A DNA stretch of 64,000 bases from Candidatus Moraniibacteriota bacterium (GCA_052034975.1 JBPOIA010000003.1:49251-113250), one strand, 5' to 3'; counted from the first letter of the stretch, positions 1 to 10,628 are shown. Program-made: numbers and translations. The notes: generated by a model not told the origin, from the letters alone.

Positions 1-1035
1 CCCGAGGAGCGCGAGCGCGGTATCACGATTTCTACCTCGCACTGCGAGTATGAATCCGACAAGCGCCATTATGCGCACGTCGACTGCCCAGGGCACGCCG
101 ACTACATCAAGAATATGATCACCGGTGCCGCGCAGATGGATGGCGCTATCCTTGTTGTATCCGCGACTGACGGTCCGATGCCGCAGACCCGCGAGCACAT
201 CCTGCTTGCCCGTCAGGTGGGCGTGCCGGCCATTGTCGTTTTCTTGAACAAGGTGGATATGGTGGATGATCCGGAACTCATCGATCTCGTCGAGGCCGAA
301 GTCCGCGAGCTTCTCTCCAAATACGAATTTGACGGCGACAATGCCGCTATCATCCGCGGCAGCGCCCTGAAGGCACTTGAGGCCAAAGGCGCCGACGAAG
401 AGACTGCCAAGCCGGTAATCGATCTTATCGCCGCTTTGGACGAGAAGATCCCGGAGCCGGTTCGCGATCTCGACAAGCCGTTCCTGATGCCGATCGAAGA
501 TATTTTCTCGATCGAAGGTCGTGGTACGGTCGTGACCGGACGCATCGAGCGCGGTCAGGTGAACATCAACGAGGAAGTGGAAATCGTCGGTATCCGTGAC
601 ACTGCCAAGACGGTCGTGACCGGTATCGAGATGTTCAATAAATCCCTCGACAAGGGTGTCGCCGGAGACAATGCCGGACTCCTCATCCGCGGTATCAAGA
701 AGGAAGACGTCGAACGCGGTCAGGTACTTGCCAAGACCGGTTCTATCACCCCACATACCGAATTCGAAGGCGAAGTCTACGTCCTTTCCAAGGAGGAAGG
801 CGGCCGCCATACTCCGTTCTTCAAGGGTTACAAGCCGCAGTTCTATATCCGTACCACGGATGTGACCGGCGAAGTGGAACTCCCGGAGGGTACTGAGATG
901 GTTATGCCGGGCGACACCGTGAAACTCAAGATTAAACTCTTGGCCCCGGTTGCTATGGAAGAAGGTATGCGCTTCGCGATCCGCGAAGGTGGTCGTACCG
1001 TCGGTGCCGGCGTGGCTACCAAGATTACCAAGTAA
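1..1035 (+). CDS. tuf: Elongation factor Tu (5' end lies outside the window)
   Basis: Frame 1 is open from base 1 ([33 protein letters not shown]); NKVD motif; C-terminal [14 protein letters not shown]. Confidence 0.99.
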   Translation, partial: PEERERGITISTSHCEYESDKRHYAHVDCPGHADYIKNMITGAAQMDGAILVVSATDGPMPQTREHILLARQVGVPAIVVFLNKVDMVDDPELIDLVEAEVRELLSKYEFDGDNAAIIRGSALKALEAKGADEETAKPVIDLIAALDEKIPEPVRDLDKPFLMPIEDIFSIEGRGTVVTGRIERGQVNINEEVEIVGIRDTAKTVVTGIEMFNKSLDKGVAGDNAGLLIRGIKKEDVERGQVLAKTGSITPHTEFEGEVYVLSKEEGGRHTPFFKGYKPQFYIRTTDVTGEVELPEGTEMVMPGDTVKLKIKLLAPVAMEEGMRFAIREGGRTVGAGVATKITK

Positions 1036-1123
1036 TCTTGATTCAAGCGAATTGAACGGTGAGCGACCGACGGCGGTCGTTCCCGCGATTGTTCTCTTGA
1101 AAAAAGGGAAACGGAGCAGTATA

Positions 1124-1459
1124 ATGAATGCAATGAAAAAGACGGAAACAGCGCAGACTTTGCGCGTGAGAATCAAAATCAAGGCGTACGATCATAAGGT
1201 GATCGACCAGTCCGCGAGAAAAATCGTGGAAACGGCCGAACGCACGGGCGCGCAGATTGCGGGTCCCGTACCACTGCCGACCGAGATCCATAAGGTCACA
1301 GTCAATCGCTCGACGTTCGTGCATAAGAATGCCCGCGACCAATACGAGATGCGTGTGCATAAGCGCCTGATCGATATTGTGAACCCGACGGGAAAAACCA
1401 TCGATAACCTCACGAATTTGGATTTACCGGCCGGTGTCGACGTAGAAATCAAAATGTAA
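1124..1459 (+). CDS. rpsJ: 30S ribosomal protein S10 (uS10)
   Basis: [32 protein letters not shown]; start may be 1124 or 1133. Confidence 0.97.
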   Translation: MNAMKKTETAQTLRVRIKIKAYDHKVIDQSARKIVETAERTGAQIAGPVPLPTEIHKVTVNRSTFVHKNARDQYEMRVHKRLIDIVNPTGKTIDNLTNLDLPAGVDVEIKM

Positions 1460-1460
1460 A

Positions 1461-1642
1461 TTAGAACTTTCGTTTTTGGCAATCTGCGTTTCCGCTGTTT
1501 CCGTTCTGCGCAGTTCATCCAAAAACGAGAGTTCTAAAAATAAATACTCGTTCAAGTCTCTCCCGATGTCCGGTATGGGTGCAGGGAAGGGATACTAAGC
1601 GAGCCAGGTTTTGCAAAAGACCGGCTGGGCCTTAGAAGGAAC
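1461..1642 (+). promoter_or_regulatory. Structured rpsJ-rplC spacer (candidate cis-regulatory RNA)
   Basis: 19-bp stem 1461-1479/1519-1537, then a multi-stem domain 1550-1642 with a GCAA tetraloop. Confidence 0.5.
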
Positions 1643-1686
1643 AGCTTTTTGCTTTTCAGTGCAGCGTAAGACATAGTTTCAGAGCA

Positions 1687-2295
1687 ATGAAATTCATCCT
1701 CGGAAAAAAATTGGGAATGACGACACTTTTCGATGAAACGAAGGGTGCGTTGAATATGACACTTATCGCGTGTGGTCGGAATACGGTGATGAGCACTCGT
1801 ACGCTTGGAAAAGACGGATACGTTGCCGTGCAGGTGGAAACCGATAAGACTGCCAAAAAAACCGTCCGTCGGGAATTTCGCCTTGGTAAGACCGCCGATA
1901 CGGAAGGATTGGCATCGATCGAAAAGACGGTGAATGATAAGTTTCCGGCGGCCACCGAATTGAACGTCTCGATATTCTCCGTCGGAGATGTCGTGAATGT
2001 CACCGGTATTACCAAAGCCAAAGGCTTTCAGGGTGTCGTGAAGCGTCACGGTTTCGGCGGATCGCCAGCAAGTCATGGCCGCAAGCACGATATGCGTAAG
2101 CCTGGTTCGATCGGCGCAACGTTCCCTGAGCACGTCATCAAAGGGAAGCGAATGGCTGGACGTATGGGTGGTGTGAATATGATGGCCCGCAATCTTTCCG
2201 TCGTGTATGTGGATGAAGCGGAAGGTCTTATCGGAGTGCGCGGCGCCGTGCCGGGCGTCAACGGTCGTGTTGTGAAGATAATGAGCGCCAAGTAA
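1687..2295 (+). CDS. rplC: 50S ribosomal protein L3
   Basis: GKKLGMT, KGFQGVVKRHGF, KGKRMAGRMG; operon position. Confidence 0.98.
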   Translation: MKFILGKKLGMTTLFDETKGALNMTLIACGRNTVMSTRTLGKDGYVAVQVETDKTAKKTVRREFRLGKTADTEGLASIEKTVNDKFPAATELNVSIFSVGDVVNVTGITKAKGFQGVVKRHGFGGSPASHGRKHDMRKPGSIGATFPEHVIKGKRMAGRMGGVNMMARNLSVVYVDEAEGLIGVRGAVPGVNGRVVKIMSAK

Positions 2296-2302
2296 TTCTC
2301 GT

Positions 2303-2956
2303 ATGCTGAAGATTTCTGTCAAAAATATCTCCGGTCAGGACGTAAAGGAACTTTCCTTGAAAGAGTCTTTGTTCGGCGTGCCGAAGAACGATGCTTTGGT
2401 GCACCAGGTCTATGTCGCGATGATGGCGAATCAGCGTCAGTCGATCGCTCATACCAAGGATCGTGCCGAACGCGCCGGTTCCGGTATCAAGCCCTGGCGA
2501 CAGAAGGGTACCGGTCGCGCCCGTGTCGGCCAAGTGCGTAATCCGATTTGGCGCAAGGGAGGTGTGTCGTTCGGTCCGACCAAAGACCGTAATTTTTCAA
2601 AAGATACGAACGCGAAAATGCGTCAGAAGGCGACTTTGGTTGCATTGAGCGAGAAATTCCGTGCCGGCAAACTCGTCGTTTTGGATGGGTTCACATATCC
2701 GGAAAAGAAGACCCGATTGTTTGTTGAGACACTTCAGCATCTTGATATGAATCAGAAAAGCTTTCTGCTTGGTTTGACCGGTGCTGAAGCGGGTATCGCG
2801 ATTATGGCGCGCAATCTTCCGAAAGCCGATTATACACTCGCTGAGAATTTGAATGTTATGGAGCTTTTGAATAGCGAATACCTGATCCTGACCGAAGACG
2901 GCGTGAAACGACTCGAAGAGCGTTTCGCGAAGTGGGCGGAAACAGCGAAGAAATAA
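2303..2956 (+). CDS. rplD: 50S ribosomal protein L4
   Basis: KPWRQKGTGRARVG, PIWRKGGVSFGP. Confidence 0.98.
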   Translation: MLKISVKNISGQDVKELSLKESLFGVPKNDALVHQVYVAMMANQRQSIAHTKDRAERAGSGIKPWRQKGTGRARVGQVRNPIWRKGGVSFGPTKDRNFSKDTNAKMRQKATLVALSEKFRAGKLVVLDGFTYPEKKTRLFVETLQHLDMNQKSFLLGLTGAEAGIAIMARNLPKADYTLAENLNVMELLNSEYLILTEDGVKRLEERFAKWAETAKK

Positions 2957-2961
2957 CCGAT

Positions 2962-3327
2962 ATGGCATTGTTTGATAAAACAACCGAAGAGAAGAAAGAG
3001 CAGGCTGTGAAGCCGGCAGCGGGAAGAGAGAGCGTGCTGGCAAACCGGCTGCTTTCCCGTCCGCGCATTACCGAAAAGGCATATGCCTTGAATGCGTTAA
3101 ATCAATACGTGTTTGAGGTAGCGAAGAGCGCCAATAAGAAATCCGTGAAGCGCGCCGTGGAAGAAGCCTATGGTGTGACCGTGGAAGCGGTGAATATCGT
3201 ACGTCTCCCGGCAAAGAAGCATTTTACCGGACGGAACCGAACGCTTGGATTTAAGAGTGCGACCAAGAAAGCTGTCGTGACGGTTTCGAAGGGGCAATCA
3301 ATCGAGCTTTTCAAGGGCGGTATCTAA
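2962..3327 (+). CDS. rplW: 50S ribosomal protein L23
   Basis: PRITEKA, YVFEV, KKAVVT; position between L4 and L2. Confidence 0.96.
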   Translation: MALFDKTTEEKKEQAVKPAAGRESVLANRLLSRPRITEKAYALNALNQYVFEVAKSANKKSVKRAVEEAYGVTVEAVNIVRLPAKKHFTGRNRTLGFKSATKKAVVTVSKGQSIELFKGGI

Positions 3328-3352
3328 ATAAGGAAAAGATTTTCCTGAGATT

Positions 3353-4180
3353 ATGGCAATCAAGATCTACAAAAAGAATAACGCCGGTCGCCGCAATATG
3401 TCGGTCGTGAAGCCGGAAGGCGTGACGGATAAGGCTCCGGAGAAGTCTTTGTTGGCTCCGTATAAGAAAAAAGCCGGCCGTTCGGGCGGAAAGATTTCTG
3501 TCCGACATCAGGGTGGTGGCGCCAAGCGTCGGTTCCGAGTGATTGATTTCCGTCAGGAAAAATATGATATTCCGGGTCGTATCGTGGCACTTGAGAAGGA
3601 CCCGAACCGCTCGTCGCTCATCGCGCTCGTTCAGTATGCCGATGGTGAGAAACGTTACATCCTTGCGACCAACGGTATGCGTGCCGGACAGACGGTCTTG
3701 TCTGGGAAAAGCGCCCCGGTCGTCAACGGTAACCGGATGCTTCTGAAAAATATTCCTGCCGGTACGATCATCTGCAATATCGAGATGAAAATCGGGAGAG
3801 GCGGACAGATCGTGCGGAGCGCTGGATCGCAGGCGACCCTGATGGCGCTTGACGGCGAGTTCGCCCAAGTGAAACTCGCATCCGGCGAAATCCGTTTGAT
3901 TCACTCCGAATGCTATGCTACGCTCGGACAGGTGAGCAATTTCGAACATAGCGCTGAACGTATCGGCAAAGCCGGTCGCGCCCGTCATCTGAATCGCCGT
4001 CCGGCGGTCCGTGGAAGCGCGATGAACCCGGTGGATCATCCGCACGGCGGAGGCGAGGGTCGCCAGCCGATCGGTATGCATCCGAAAACCCCGTGGGGTA
4101 AGCCGGCGCTCGGTAAAAAGACACGGAAACGCAAGAAAGCGAGCAACCAGTATATCGTCCGGCGTCGCTCGAAGAAGTAA
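3353..4180 (+). CDS. rplB: 50S ribosomal protein L2
   Basis: [22 protein letters not shown]. Confidence 0.99.
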   Translation: MAIKIYKKNNAGRRNMSVVKPEGVTDKAPEKSLLAPYKKKAGRSGGKISVRHQGGGAKRRFRVIDFRQEKYDIPGRIVALEKDPNRSSLIALVQYADGEKRYILATNGMRAGQTVLSGKSAPVVNGNRMLLKNIPAGTIICNIEMKIGRGGQIVRSAGSQATLMALDGEFAQVKLASGEIRLIHSECYATLGQVSNFEHSAERIGKAGRARHLNRRPAVRGSAMNPVDHPHGGGEGRQPIGMHPKTPWGKPALGKKTRKRKKASNQYIVRRRSKK

Positions 4181-4206
4181 TTTCAATCAGAATCCTTACA
4201 CGTTAT

Positions 4207-4548
4207 ATGTCACGCAGTCTCAAAAAAGGCCCATACGTCGATCCGAGGGTACTCAAGAAAATCGAAGGAAAGAGACTTGGCGACCGTACGGTCATCAAGA
4301 CATGGTCTCGTGCCTCTACGATTTCTCCGGAAATGGTCGGATTCACGTTTGGCGTACATAACGGAAGGGATTTTACCTCGGTGTTCGTAACGGAAGAAAT
4401 GGTTGGTCATAAGCTCGGAGAATTCTCTCCGACTCGCAAATTTAACCGTCACGGCGGTAAGATGCAGAAAGAATTGGAAGTTGCTGCAAAACAGCGCGAA
4501 TTGGAAGCCGCCAAAGCCGCCAAAGCTGCCACTACCGATAAGAAATAG
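4207..4548 (+). CDS. rpsS: 30S ribosomal protein S19 with C-terminal Ala/Lys tail
   Basis: [22 protein letters not shown]. Confidence 0.98.
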   Translation: MSRSLKKGPYVDPRVLKKIEGKRLGDRTVIKTWSRASTISPEMVGFTFGVHNGRDFTSVFVTEEMVGHKLGEFSPTRKFNRHGGKMQKELEVAAKQRELEAAKAAKAATTDKK

Positions 4549-4556
4549 GTGAATTT

Positions 4557-5090
4557 ATGAAAGTACGCGCAACCCTCAACAATTTACGGATCACTCCGCG
4601 CAAAGTGCGTCTCGTGACGCATATGATCACCGGGATGGATACCCGTGAGGCCTTGATCCAAATTTCCCGGCAAACCAAGCGATCAGCTCGTCCGATTCAC
4701 GATCTTCTGAAGAGCGCGATTGCTAACGCGACCAATAACTTCGGTTTGGACAGTGATAACCTGTATATTTTAGAGGCTCGTGTCGGTGACGGGTTGCGGT
4801 TGCAGCGTTGGTTGCCGCGGGCGTTCGGACGGGCGACACCGCTTTTGCGCCGAGGTTCGAATGTCACGCTTATTCTCGAAGAACGCATCGAAGGCAAGGG
4901 TCGGACCGCAAAAAAGGAAGCGGTTACGGTTGAGTCGGTAGAATCTGAAACGGCATCCGAAGTGAATGAAGAAAAAGGAGATCATCCGTCTGTAAAACCA
5001 AATGTACAGAAGGAGATCGCGCTTAGCGGAGGGAAAAAGCCGGCCGGAGCCAAGGTAGTCAAGAAAGTGTTCCAGAGAAAGTCCGTATAA
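4557..5090 (+). CDS. rplV: 50S ribosomal protein L22 with long C-terminal extension
   Basis: RITPRKVRLV, LKSAIANA, PRAFGRA. Confidence 0.97.
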   Translation: MKVRATLNNLRITPRKVRLVTHMITGMDTREALIQISRQTKRSARPIHDLLKSAIANATNNFGLDSDNLYILEARVGDGLRLQRWLPRAFGRATPLLRRGSNVTLILEERIEGKGRTAKKEAVTVESVESETASEVNEEKGDHPSVKPNVQKEIALSGGKKPAGAKVVKKVFQRKSV

Positions 5091-5112
5091 ATCAATCGAA
5101 GTATCGAACCCT

Positions 5113-5769
5113 ATGGGGAATAAAGTTAATCCAACAGGCATTCGCATCGGCATCACGACGGACTGGCAATCTCGCTGGTTCAGTGATAAGAAGACGTATC
5201 GCGAGCAGTTACGCAAGGATATCGAGATCCGTGATCTGATCACAAAGAAGTGGAAAGCGGCCGCTATCGCGAGTGTCCATATCGAACGTTCCGCGAATGC
5301 TGTGCGGTTGATTATCCATACGTCGCGTCCGGGCGTGCTCATCGGTCGGGGCGGTACGGGTATCGAGGATTTGACGCGCGCGATCAAGAAGCAGTTTTTT
5401 GCTGGCAGGAAAGTTGAGTTGAAAGTGGAAGTGATCGAAGTGAAAAACGCCGATATGAACGCGATGCTGGTTGGCCAACAGGTGGCGGAACAGCTTGAGA
5501 AACGCATCCCGTTTCGTCGCGTGCTCAAGGGAACGCTCGATCAAGTGGAATCGAACAAGGGTGTCGAAGGCGTGAAGATAGAGATCTGTGGTCGCCTCGG
5601 CGGCGCCGAAATGTCTCGTCGCGAATGGTTGTCCCGTGGAAAGATTCCACTTCACACATTACGTGCGGACATCGATTTTGCCCGAACCGAAGCGAGAACG
5701 ACCTACGGTGTTATCGGCGTCAAAGTATGGATCTATAAGGGAGAGAAATTTACCGAAGTGCACGAATAA
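5113..5769 (+). CDS. rpsC: 30S ribosomal protein S3
   Basis: MGNKVNPTGIRIG, GRLGGAEM, PLHTLRADID. Confidence 0.99.
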   Translation: MGNKVNPTGIRIGITTDWQSRWFSDKKTYREQLRKDIEIRDLITKKWKAAAIASVHIERSANAVRLIIHTSRPGVLIGRGGTGIEDLTRAIKKQFFAGRKVELKVEVIEVKNADMNAMLVGQQVAEQLEKRIPFRRVLKGTLDQVESNKGVEGVKIEICGRLGGAEMSRREWLSRGKIPLHTLRADIDFARTEARTTYGVIGVKVWIYKGEKFTEVHE

Positions 5770-5778
5770 AGAACGCGT

Positions 5779-6192
5779 ATGTTGCTCATGCCAAGAAAAG
5801 TAAAACATCGGAAGGTTCAGCGCGGTGGCTGGTCCGGAAGTCCTGCGACCCGTGGCGCCGAAGTTAGTTTCGGAAGCTATGGTTTGAAGTCGCTTGAGGA
5901 AGGCATCATCTCCGCCCGCCAGATCGAAGCGGCTCGGCGCGCGATGACTCGTTCGATCCAGCGCGGCGGAAAAGTATGGATTCGCGTGTTTCCGGATAAG
6001 CCGATGACGAAGAAGGGCGAACAGACTCCGATGGGAAAAGGAAAGGGAAGTGTTGATCATTTTGTCGCCAAAATACGAGCTGGAAAGGTATTGTTTGAGC
6101 TCGATGGTATTGGGAAGACCGCCGCGGCGGAAGCGCTCCGACTCGCAGCTCATAAGCTTCCGGTGAAGACGAAATTCGTAGAGCGTCACTAA
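5779..6192 (+). CDS. rplP: 50S ribosomal protein L16
   Basis: [23 protein letters not shown]. Confidence 0.98.
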   Translation: MLLMPRKVKHRKVQRGGWSGSPATRGAEVSFGSYGLKSLEEGIISARQIEAARRAMTRSIQRGGKVWIRVFPDKPMTKKGEQTPMGKGKGSVDHFVAKIRAGKVLFELDGIGKTAAAEALRLAAHKLPVKTKFVERH

Positions 6193-6219
6193 ATTCGAGA
6201 AGATCCAAGGTATTTTCCT

Positions 6220-6432
6220 ATGAAAGCGAAAGAATGGCGGGACAAATCAGTGGGCGAGCGCGAGAAGGCGCTGACAGAGCTTGAGGACAAGCTTCGGAAG
6301 CTTCGTTTCGATTTGGCTACCCGCGAATCCAAAAATCACAGTGAACACGGAAAGATCCGGAAAGACATCGCTCGATTGCTTACATTGCGTCGTGAAGCCG
6401 AAACGCTTGACGCGAAAGAACATTCGAAGTAA
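6220..6432 (+). CDS. rpmC: 50S ribosomal protein L29
   Basis: LRFDL..IRKDIARLLT; operon position. Confidence 0.95.
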   Translation: MKAKEWRDKSVGEREKALTELEDKLRKLRFDLATRESKNHSEHGKIRKDIARLLTLRREAETLDAKEHSK

Positions 6433-6455
6433 ACTTCCCTTTTACGGAATTTTTT

Positions 6456-6716
6456 ATGAAGACAATGAATACATCGGAAAAAATGAAGAAAGCTCCCGTA
6501 TGGAAGGGTGTTGTCGTGAGCGACAAGATGGAGAAGACGCTGGTGGTGAAAGTGGATACGTTCAAGACGCATCCGAAATACCAAAAACAATACCGCTCCT
6601 CGAAACGATACAAAGTGCATATTGAAGAGAAGGGCGCGTACAAAGTCGGCGATACGGTTTTGTTCGAGGAGTGTCGACCGATCAGTCGGGAAAAGCGGCA
6701 CAAAATAGTCGGATAA
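6456..6716 (+). CDS. rpsQ: 30S ribosomal protein S17
   Basis: [21 protein letters not shown]. Confidence 0.98.
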   Translation: MKTMNTSEKMKKAPVWKGVVVSDKMEKTLVVKVDTFKTHPKYQKQYRSSKRYKVHIEEKGAYKVGDTVLFEECRPISREKRHKIVG

Positions 6717-6729
6717 ATATTCGAAACGT

Positions 6730-7101
6730 ATGATTCAGGCAGAAACATGGTTGAATGTAGCGGATAACACCGGGGCCAAAATGGTCGAGTGTTTCAAGGT
6801 GCTTGGCGGCACGCGGAAACGTTATGCCAAGCTGGGTGATATCATCGTCGCGTCAGTCAAAGTGGCTGAGCCGCGAGGTATGGTGAAGAAGGGCGATAAG
6901 GTGAAGGCGGTCATTGTCCGTCAGGCGCGTGAGCATCGTCGCAAAGACAATTCCTATATCCGTTTCGACGAAAACGCCGCAGTCATCCTTGAAGGGACGA
7001 GCCAGGATCCCAAAGGAACGCGTATCTTCGGACCGGTAGCCCGCGAACTCCGCGAACGGGGATTTACCAAGATCGTTTCCCTGGCACCGGAAGTTTTGTA
7101 A
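6730..7101 (+). CDS. rplN: 50S ribosomal protein L14
   Basis: [29 protein letters not shown]. Confidence 0.99.
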   Translation: MIQAETWLNVADNTGAKMVECFKVLGGTRKRYAKLGDIIVASVKVAEPRGMVKKGDKVKAVIVRQAREHRRKDNSYIRFDENAAVILEGTSQDPKGTRIFGPVARELRERGFTKIVSLAPEVL

Positions 7102-7134
7102 AGAATATTGAACGCACTACAAAGGAAGATATTT

Positions 7135-7440
7135 ATGAAGATCAAGAAAGGCGACCAAGTGAAGATCATTGCCGGTAAGGACCGCGGAAAGCAGGGCGAA
7201 GTGTTGCGTGTGTTTCCTGTGGCCGCGAAGGTGATTGTGAAAGGTGCCAATATCCTCAAGCGCCACATCAAGTCTCGTCGGGATGGCCAAAAAGGTGAGC
7301 GTATAGAGAAAGAGTTTCCCATCCATATTTCGAACGTGATGCTCGTTTGTCCGCATACCGGAAAGCCGACTCGGATCGGCCGAAAGATCGAAAGCGGCGA
7401 GAAGATCCGTATCAGTAAGCGTTCCGGTAAAGCCCTCTAA
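7135..7440 (+). CDS. rplX: 50S ribosomal protein L24
   Basis: KOW motif KKGDQVKIIAGKDRGKQG; PIHISNV. Confidence 0.98.
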   Translation: MKIKKGDQVKIIAGKDRGKQGEVLRVFPVAAKVIVKGANILKRHIKSRRDGQKGERIEKEFPIHISNVMLVCPHTGKPTRIGRKIESGEKIRISKRSGKAL

Positions 7441-7447
7441 AAGAGTT

Positions 7448-8014
7448 ATGAATACCCAGGCAATTAAAACAATCTACGAGAAAAAAGCCGTTTCTGGACT
7501 ACAGAAAGAGCTCGGCATCAAGAATGTGATGGCGGTGCCGCGCATTTCGAAAGTCGTCGTGAATGTTGGCGTCGGGAAATTCCTGAAGGACCAGAAACAC
7601 GTCGAAGAAGTGGTGAATTCGCTGGAAGCGATTACCGGACAGAAAGTTGTGATGACGCGCGCGCGCAAAGCGATCGCCGGATTCAAGACTCGCGAAGATT
7701 TGGAAATTGGTGCCCGGACAACGCTGCATGGCACCCGGATGTGGGCGTTTCTTGATCGTTTGTTCCATATCGCATTGCCTCGGGTACGTGATTTTCAAGG
7801 CATCTCCCTGAGCGCCGTCGATCACAGCGGAAACTGCAATATCGGCATCAAGGACCATACGATTTTTCCGGAAATCATTCCTGAGAAAGTCCAGCACATT
7901 TTTAGTTTCCAGGTCAACGTCGTAACGACCGCCAAAAACAGAGAAGAAGGGGCCGCGCTGTTTCGTTTGTTGGGAATGCCGTTTGAAAACAGCGGAAATA
8001 AGCAGGAATCCTAA
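7448..8014 (+). CDS. rplE: 50S ribosomal protein L5
   Basis: PRISKVVVNVGVG, LPRVRDFQG. Confidence 0.98.
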   Translation: MNTQAIKTIYEKKAVSGLQKELGIKNVMAVPRISKVVVNVGVGKFLKDQKHVEEVVNSLEAITGQKVVMTRARKAIAGFKTREDLEIGARTTLHGTRMWAFLDRLFHIALPRVRDFQGISLSAVDHSGNCNIGIKDHTIFPEIIPEKVQHIFSFQVNVVTTAKNREEGAALFRLLGMPFENSGNKQES

Positions 8015-8031
8015 ACGCGCACAAATAATTT

Positions 8032-8217
8032 ATGTCTAAGACATCCACATTCGCAAGAGCAGAGAAAACCCCGAAATTTTCGACCCGTATTGTCAGACGG
8101 TGTTGGAAATGCGGTCGGAAGCGGGGGTATTTGCGCCGGTATGCCATCTGCCGCATCTGCTTTCGCGAGCTCGCCTCAACCGGCGAGATCCCGGGAGTGA
8201 AGAAGTCTTCCTGGTAA
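8032..8217 (+). CDS. rpsN: 30S ribosomal protein S14, Zn-binding (type Z)
   Basis: [19 protein letters not shown]. Confidence 0.97.
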   Translation: MSKTSTFARAEKTPKFSTRIVRRCWKCGRKRGYLRRYAICRICFRELASTGEIPGVKKSSW

Positions 8218-8248
8218 ACGGATATAAGCTAACAGCGAGAGAAGAATT

Positions 8249-8653
8249 ATGCTCGATCCAATCGCAGAAATGTTAACCAGAATTCGCAACGCGCAGGCCG
8301 CGGGACACGCACGGGTTTCCGTCCGTTTCTCGAAGCTCAAGCAAGCGATCGCTCAAATCCTCGAACGTGAGGGGTTTGTAGCCCGTGTCGAAAAGGAATC
8401 CGACGGCGTGCACGAGACACTTATTCTCTGGCTGAAATACGAGCAGGTTTCTCCGACAAAAAAAGCGCCAGCTATCCGTGAGATCACCCGAATTTCCAAG
8501 CAAGGTCGTCGTATTTATGTGAAAGGCCACGAAATCGAGAGGGTGAAAAACGGATATGGCATCTCGATCATCTCCACTTCTCAAGGATTGATGACTGGTA
8601 TGGAAGCGCACAAACGCAAGCTGGGTGGGGAATACGTGTGTAAGGTCTGGTAA
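8249..8653 (+). CDS. rpsH: 30S ribosomal protein S8
   Basis: DPIAEMLTRIRNA, STSQGLMT. Confidence 0.98.
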   Translation: MLDPIAEMLTRIRNAQAAGHARVSVRFSKLKQAIAQILEREGFVARVEKESDGVHETLILWLKYEQVSPTKKAPAIREITRISKQGRRIYVKGHEIERVKNGYGISIISTSQGLMTGMEAHKRKLGGEYVCKVW

Positions 8654-8663
8654 CGTAAGAGTT

Positions 8664-9200
8664 ATGAGTAGAATAGGAAAAAAACCAGTAGCTATTCCAT
8701 CCGGCGCCGATGTATCCGTACAGGGCAGCGTCGTGATGGCCAAGGGTCCGAAAGGGACGCTTATGTTCACGCACCGTCGTGAAGTAAGTGTCACGGTCGA
8801 AAATGGCGAAGTCCACGTGGCAAAATTGAGCGAAGGGAAAAAAGCATCCGCTATCTGGGGGACGACCGCCAAGGTTATCGCCAATATGCTTTCCGGTGTT
8901 ACAATCGGCTTTCAGAAACAATTGGAGCTAAACGGTGTTGGTTTCCGTATGGCTCTTTCCGGCAAGAAACTCACGTTCGCTCTGGGCTTTTCGCATCCGG
9001 TAGAAAGAATGCTTCCGGAAGGAATCGAAGCGAAGATCGAAAACAACGTGCTCTCGATTACCGGGACGGACAAGCAGAAGGTCGGGGAATTCGCTGCGTT
9101 GGTGCGCAAGTTGAAACCGGTCGAGCCTTACAAAGGAAAGGGATTCCGATATGTCGGCGAAGCGGTCCGTCGCAAGGAAGGCAAGAAAGCCGCCGCATAA
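8664..9200 (+). CDS. rplF: 50S ribosomal protein L6
   Basis: MSRIGKKPV, EPYKGKG. Confidence 0.98.
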   Translation: MSRIGKKPVAIPSGADVSVQGSVVMAKGPKGTLMFTHRREVSVTVENGEVHVAKLSEGKKASAIWGTTAKVIANMLSGVTIGFQKQLELNGVGFRMALSGKKLTFALGFSHPVERMLPEGIEAKIENNVLSITGTDKQKVGEFAALVRKLKPVEPYKGKGFRYVGEAVRRKEGKKAAA

Positions 9201-9228
9201 CTAGGACACTAAGCGAGAAGGTACGCGT

Positions 9229-9585
9229 ATGTTGAAACGAGAAGCGAAAAAAGTGAAACGATTCGAACGGAAGCGCCGGGTACGCGCCAAGATTTTTGGC
9301 ACGGCGACTCGCCCGAGACTCTCTGTATTCCGGAGCCTTCGGAGCATTGCGGTACAGGCGATCGACGATCAGTCTGGCCGGACGCTTGATCAGGCGAATC
9401 TTTCCGAAGTTGTCAAAAAATCTGCGCATACGGTCGAGGGCGCCGGAGCGGTCGGCGCGCTCCTAGCGAAGCGCCTGGTGGCGCTCAAGGTTACCGAAGC
9501 GGTCTTTGATCGGTCCGGATACAAATATCACGGCAAAGTGAAAGCGCTCGCCGAAGCGATTCGCAATGGCGGTGTGAAAATGTAA
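9229..9585 (+). CDS. rplR: 50S ribosomal protein L18
   Basis: RPRLSVFRS, FDRSGYKYHGKVKA. Confidence 0.98.
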   Translation: MLKREAKKVKRFERKRRVRAKIFGTATRPRLSVFRSLRSIAVQAIDDQSGRTLDQANLSEVVKKSAHTVEGAGAVGALLAKRLVALKVTEAVFDRSGYKYHGKVKALAEAIRNGGVKM

Positions 9586-9606
9586 TGTAAGCTTCATAAA
9601 CGACGT

Positions 9607-10134
9607 ATGGCGAAACGAGAACAAGGGAGAAAATCGATGAAACGGGAAAAGCCGGAGTTTGATCAGAAGCTCCTCAATTTGGCGCGCGTGACGCGTGTCG
9701 TGAAAGGCGGCCGTCGCTTCCGTTTCCGGGCGACGCTGGTTATCGGTAATCGCAAAGGAAAAGTGGGTGTTGGTGTTGCGAAGGGCTCTGATGTTTCCGA
9801 TGCGATCCAGAAGGCCTTTAATGATGCGAAGAAGAATCTGATTACGGTTGAGCTTGCCGGAGCGACTATTTCGCACGATGTTTCTGCCAAGCTCGGAAGC
9901 GCCAAGGTGCTCTTGAAGCCGGCTTCTCAGGGTCAGGGCGTGATCGCTGGCGGAGCGGTTCGTTCGGTGGTTGATCTGCTCGGCGTCAAGGATATCGTCT
10001 CCAAATCACTCGGCGCCTCTAATCCGCTGAATGTCGCTCGTGTCACCGTGAAGGCGCTTCAAATGTTGAAGGCTCCTCGTGTCCGCAAGGCGCCACAAAC
10101 GGAAAAGGTTCCGGCGGTTGAAGCGCAGGCGTAA
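9607..10134 (+). CDS. rpsE: 30S ribosomal protein S5
   Basis: RVTRVVKGGRRFRF, GVIAGG. Confidence 0.98.
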   Translation: MAKREQGRKSMKREKPEFDQKLLNLARVTRVVKGGRRFRFRATLVIGNRKGKVGVGVAKGSDVSDAIQKAFNDAKKNLITVELAGATISHDVSAKLGSAKVLLKPASQGQGVIAGGAVRSVVDLLGVKDIVSKSLGASNPLNVARVTVKALQMLKAPRVRKAPQTEKVPAVEAQA

Positions 10135-10156
10135 GACCTAACGTTCATAAGAAAGT

Positions 10157-10573
10157 ATGCAAATTCACCAGATTTCTGTTGCAGAGAAGAAACGGCGCAA
10201 GCGCATTGGACGTGGCGGCAAGCGTGGTACGACGTCCGGCCGCGGAACGAAAGGGCAAAAATCACGCTCCGGATCTTCCGTTGATCCTCTGTTCGAAGGT
10301 GGTCGTTCGACTTTTACCGAGCGCCTGAAAAAATTGCGCGGATTCAAATCCATCCATCCGAAAAAGCACACCATCACTTTGACTGATCTCGATCGGACAT
10401 TTGCGGATGGCGAGACCGTCACGCTCGCTCTTTTGGCTGAGCGGGGACTTGTTGCGAAGCGGAAACTCGCGCACGGTGCGAAAATCGTCGCGACCGGAAG
10501 TCTCAAGAAAAAGCTTTCCCTCGGGAAAGATGTGACAGCATCCGCGAAAGCACAAGAGGCGTTCGTCTCCTAG
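10157..10573 (+). CDS. rplO: 50S ribosomal protein L15
   Basis: RIGRGG..GRGTKGQKSRSG, FEGG. Confidence 0.97.
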   Translation: MQIHQISVAEKKRRKRIGRGGKRGTTSGRGTKGQKSRSGSSVDPLFEGGRSTFTERLKKLRGFKSIHPKKHTITLTDLDRTFADGETVTLALLAERGLVAKRKLAHGAKIVATGSLKKKLSLGKDVTASAKAQEAFVS

Positions 10574-10628
10574 ACTGAGGGATGCGAGCGCGGTATACTG
10601 CGCTTGTCCCTGATGCAGAAACAGAACT

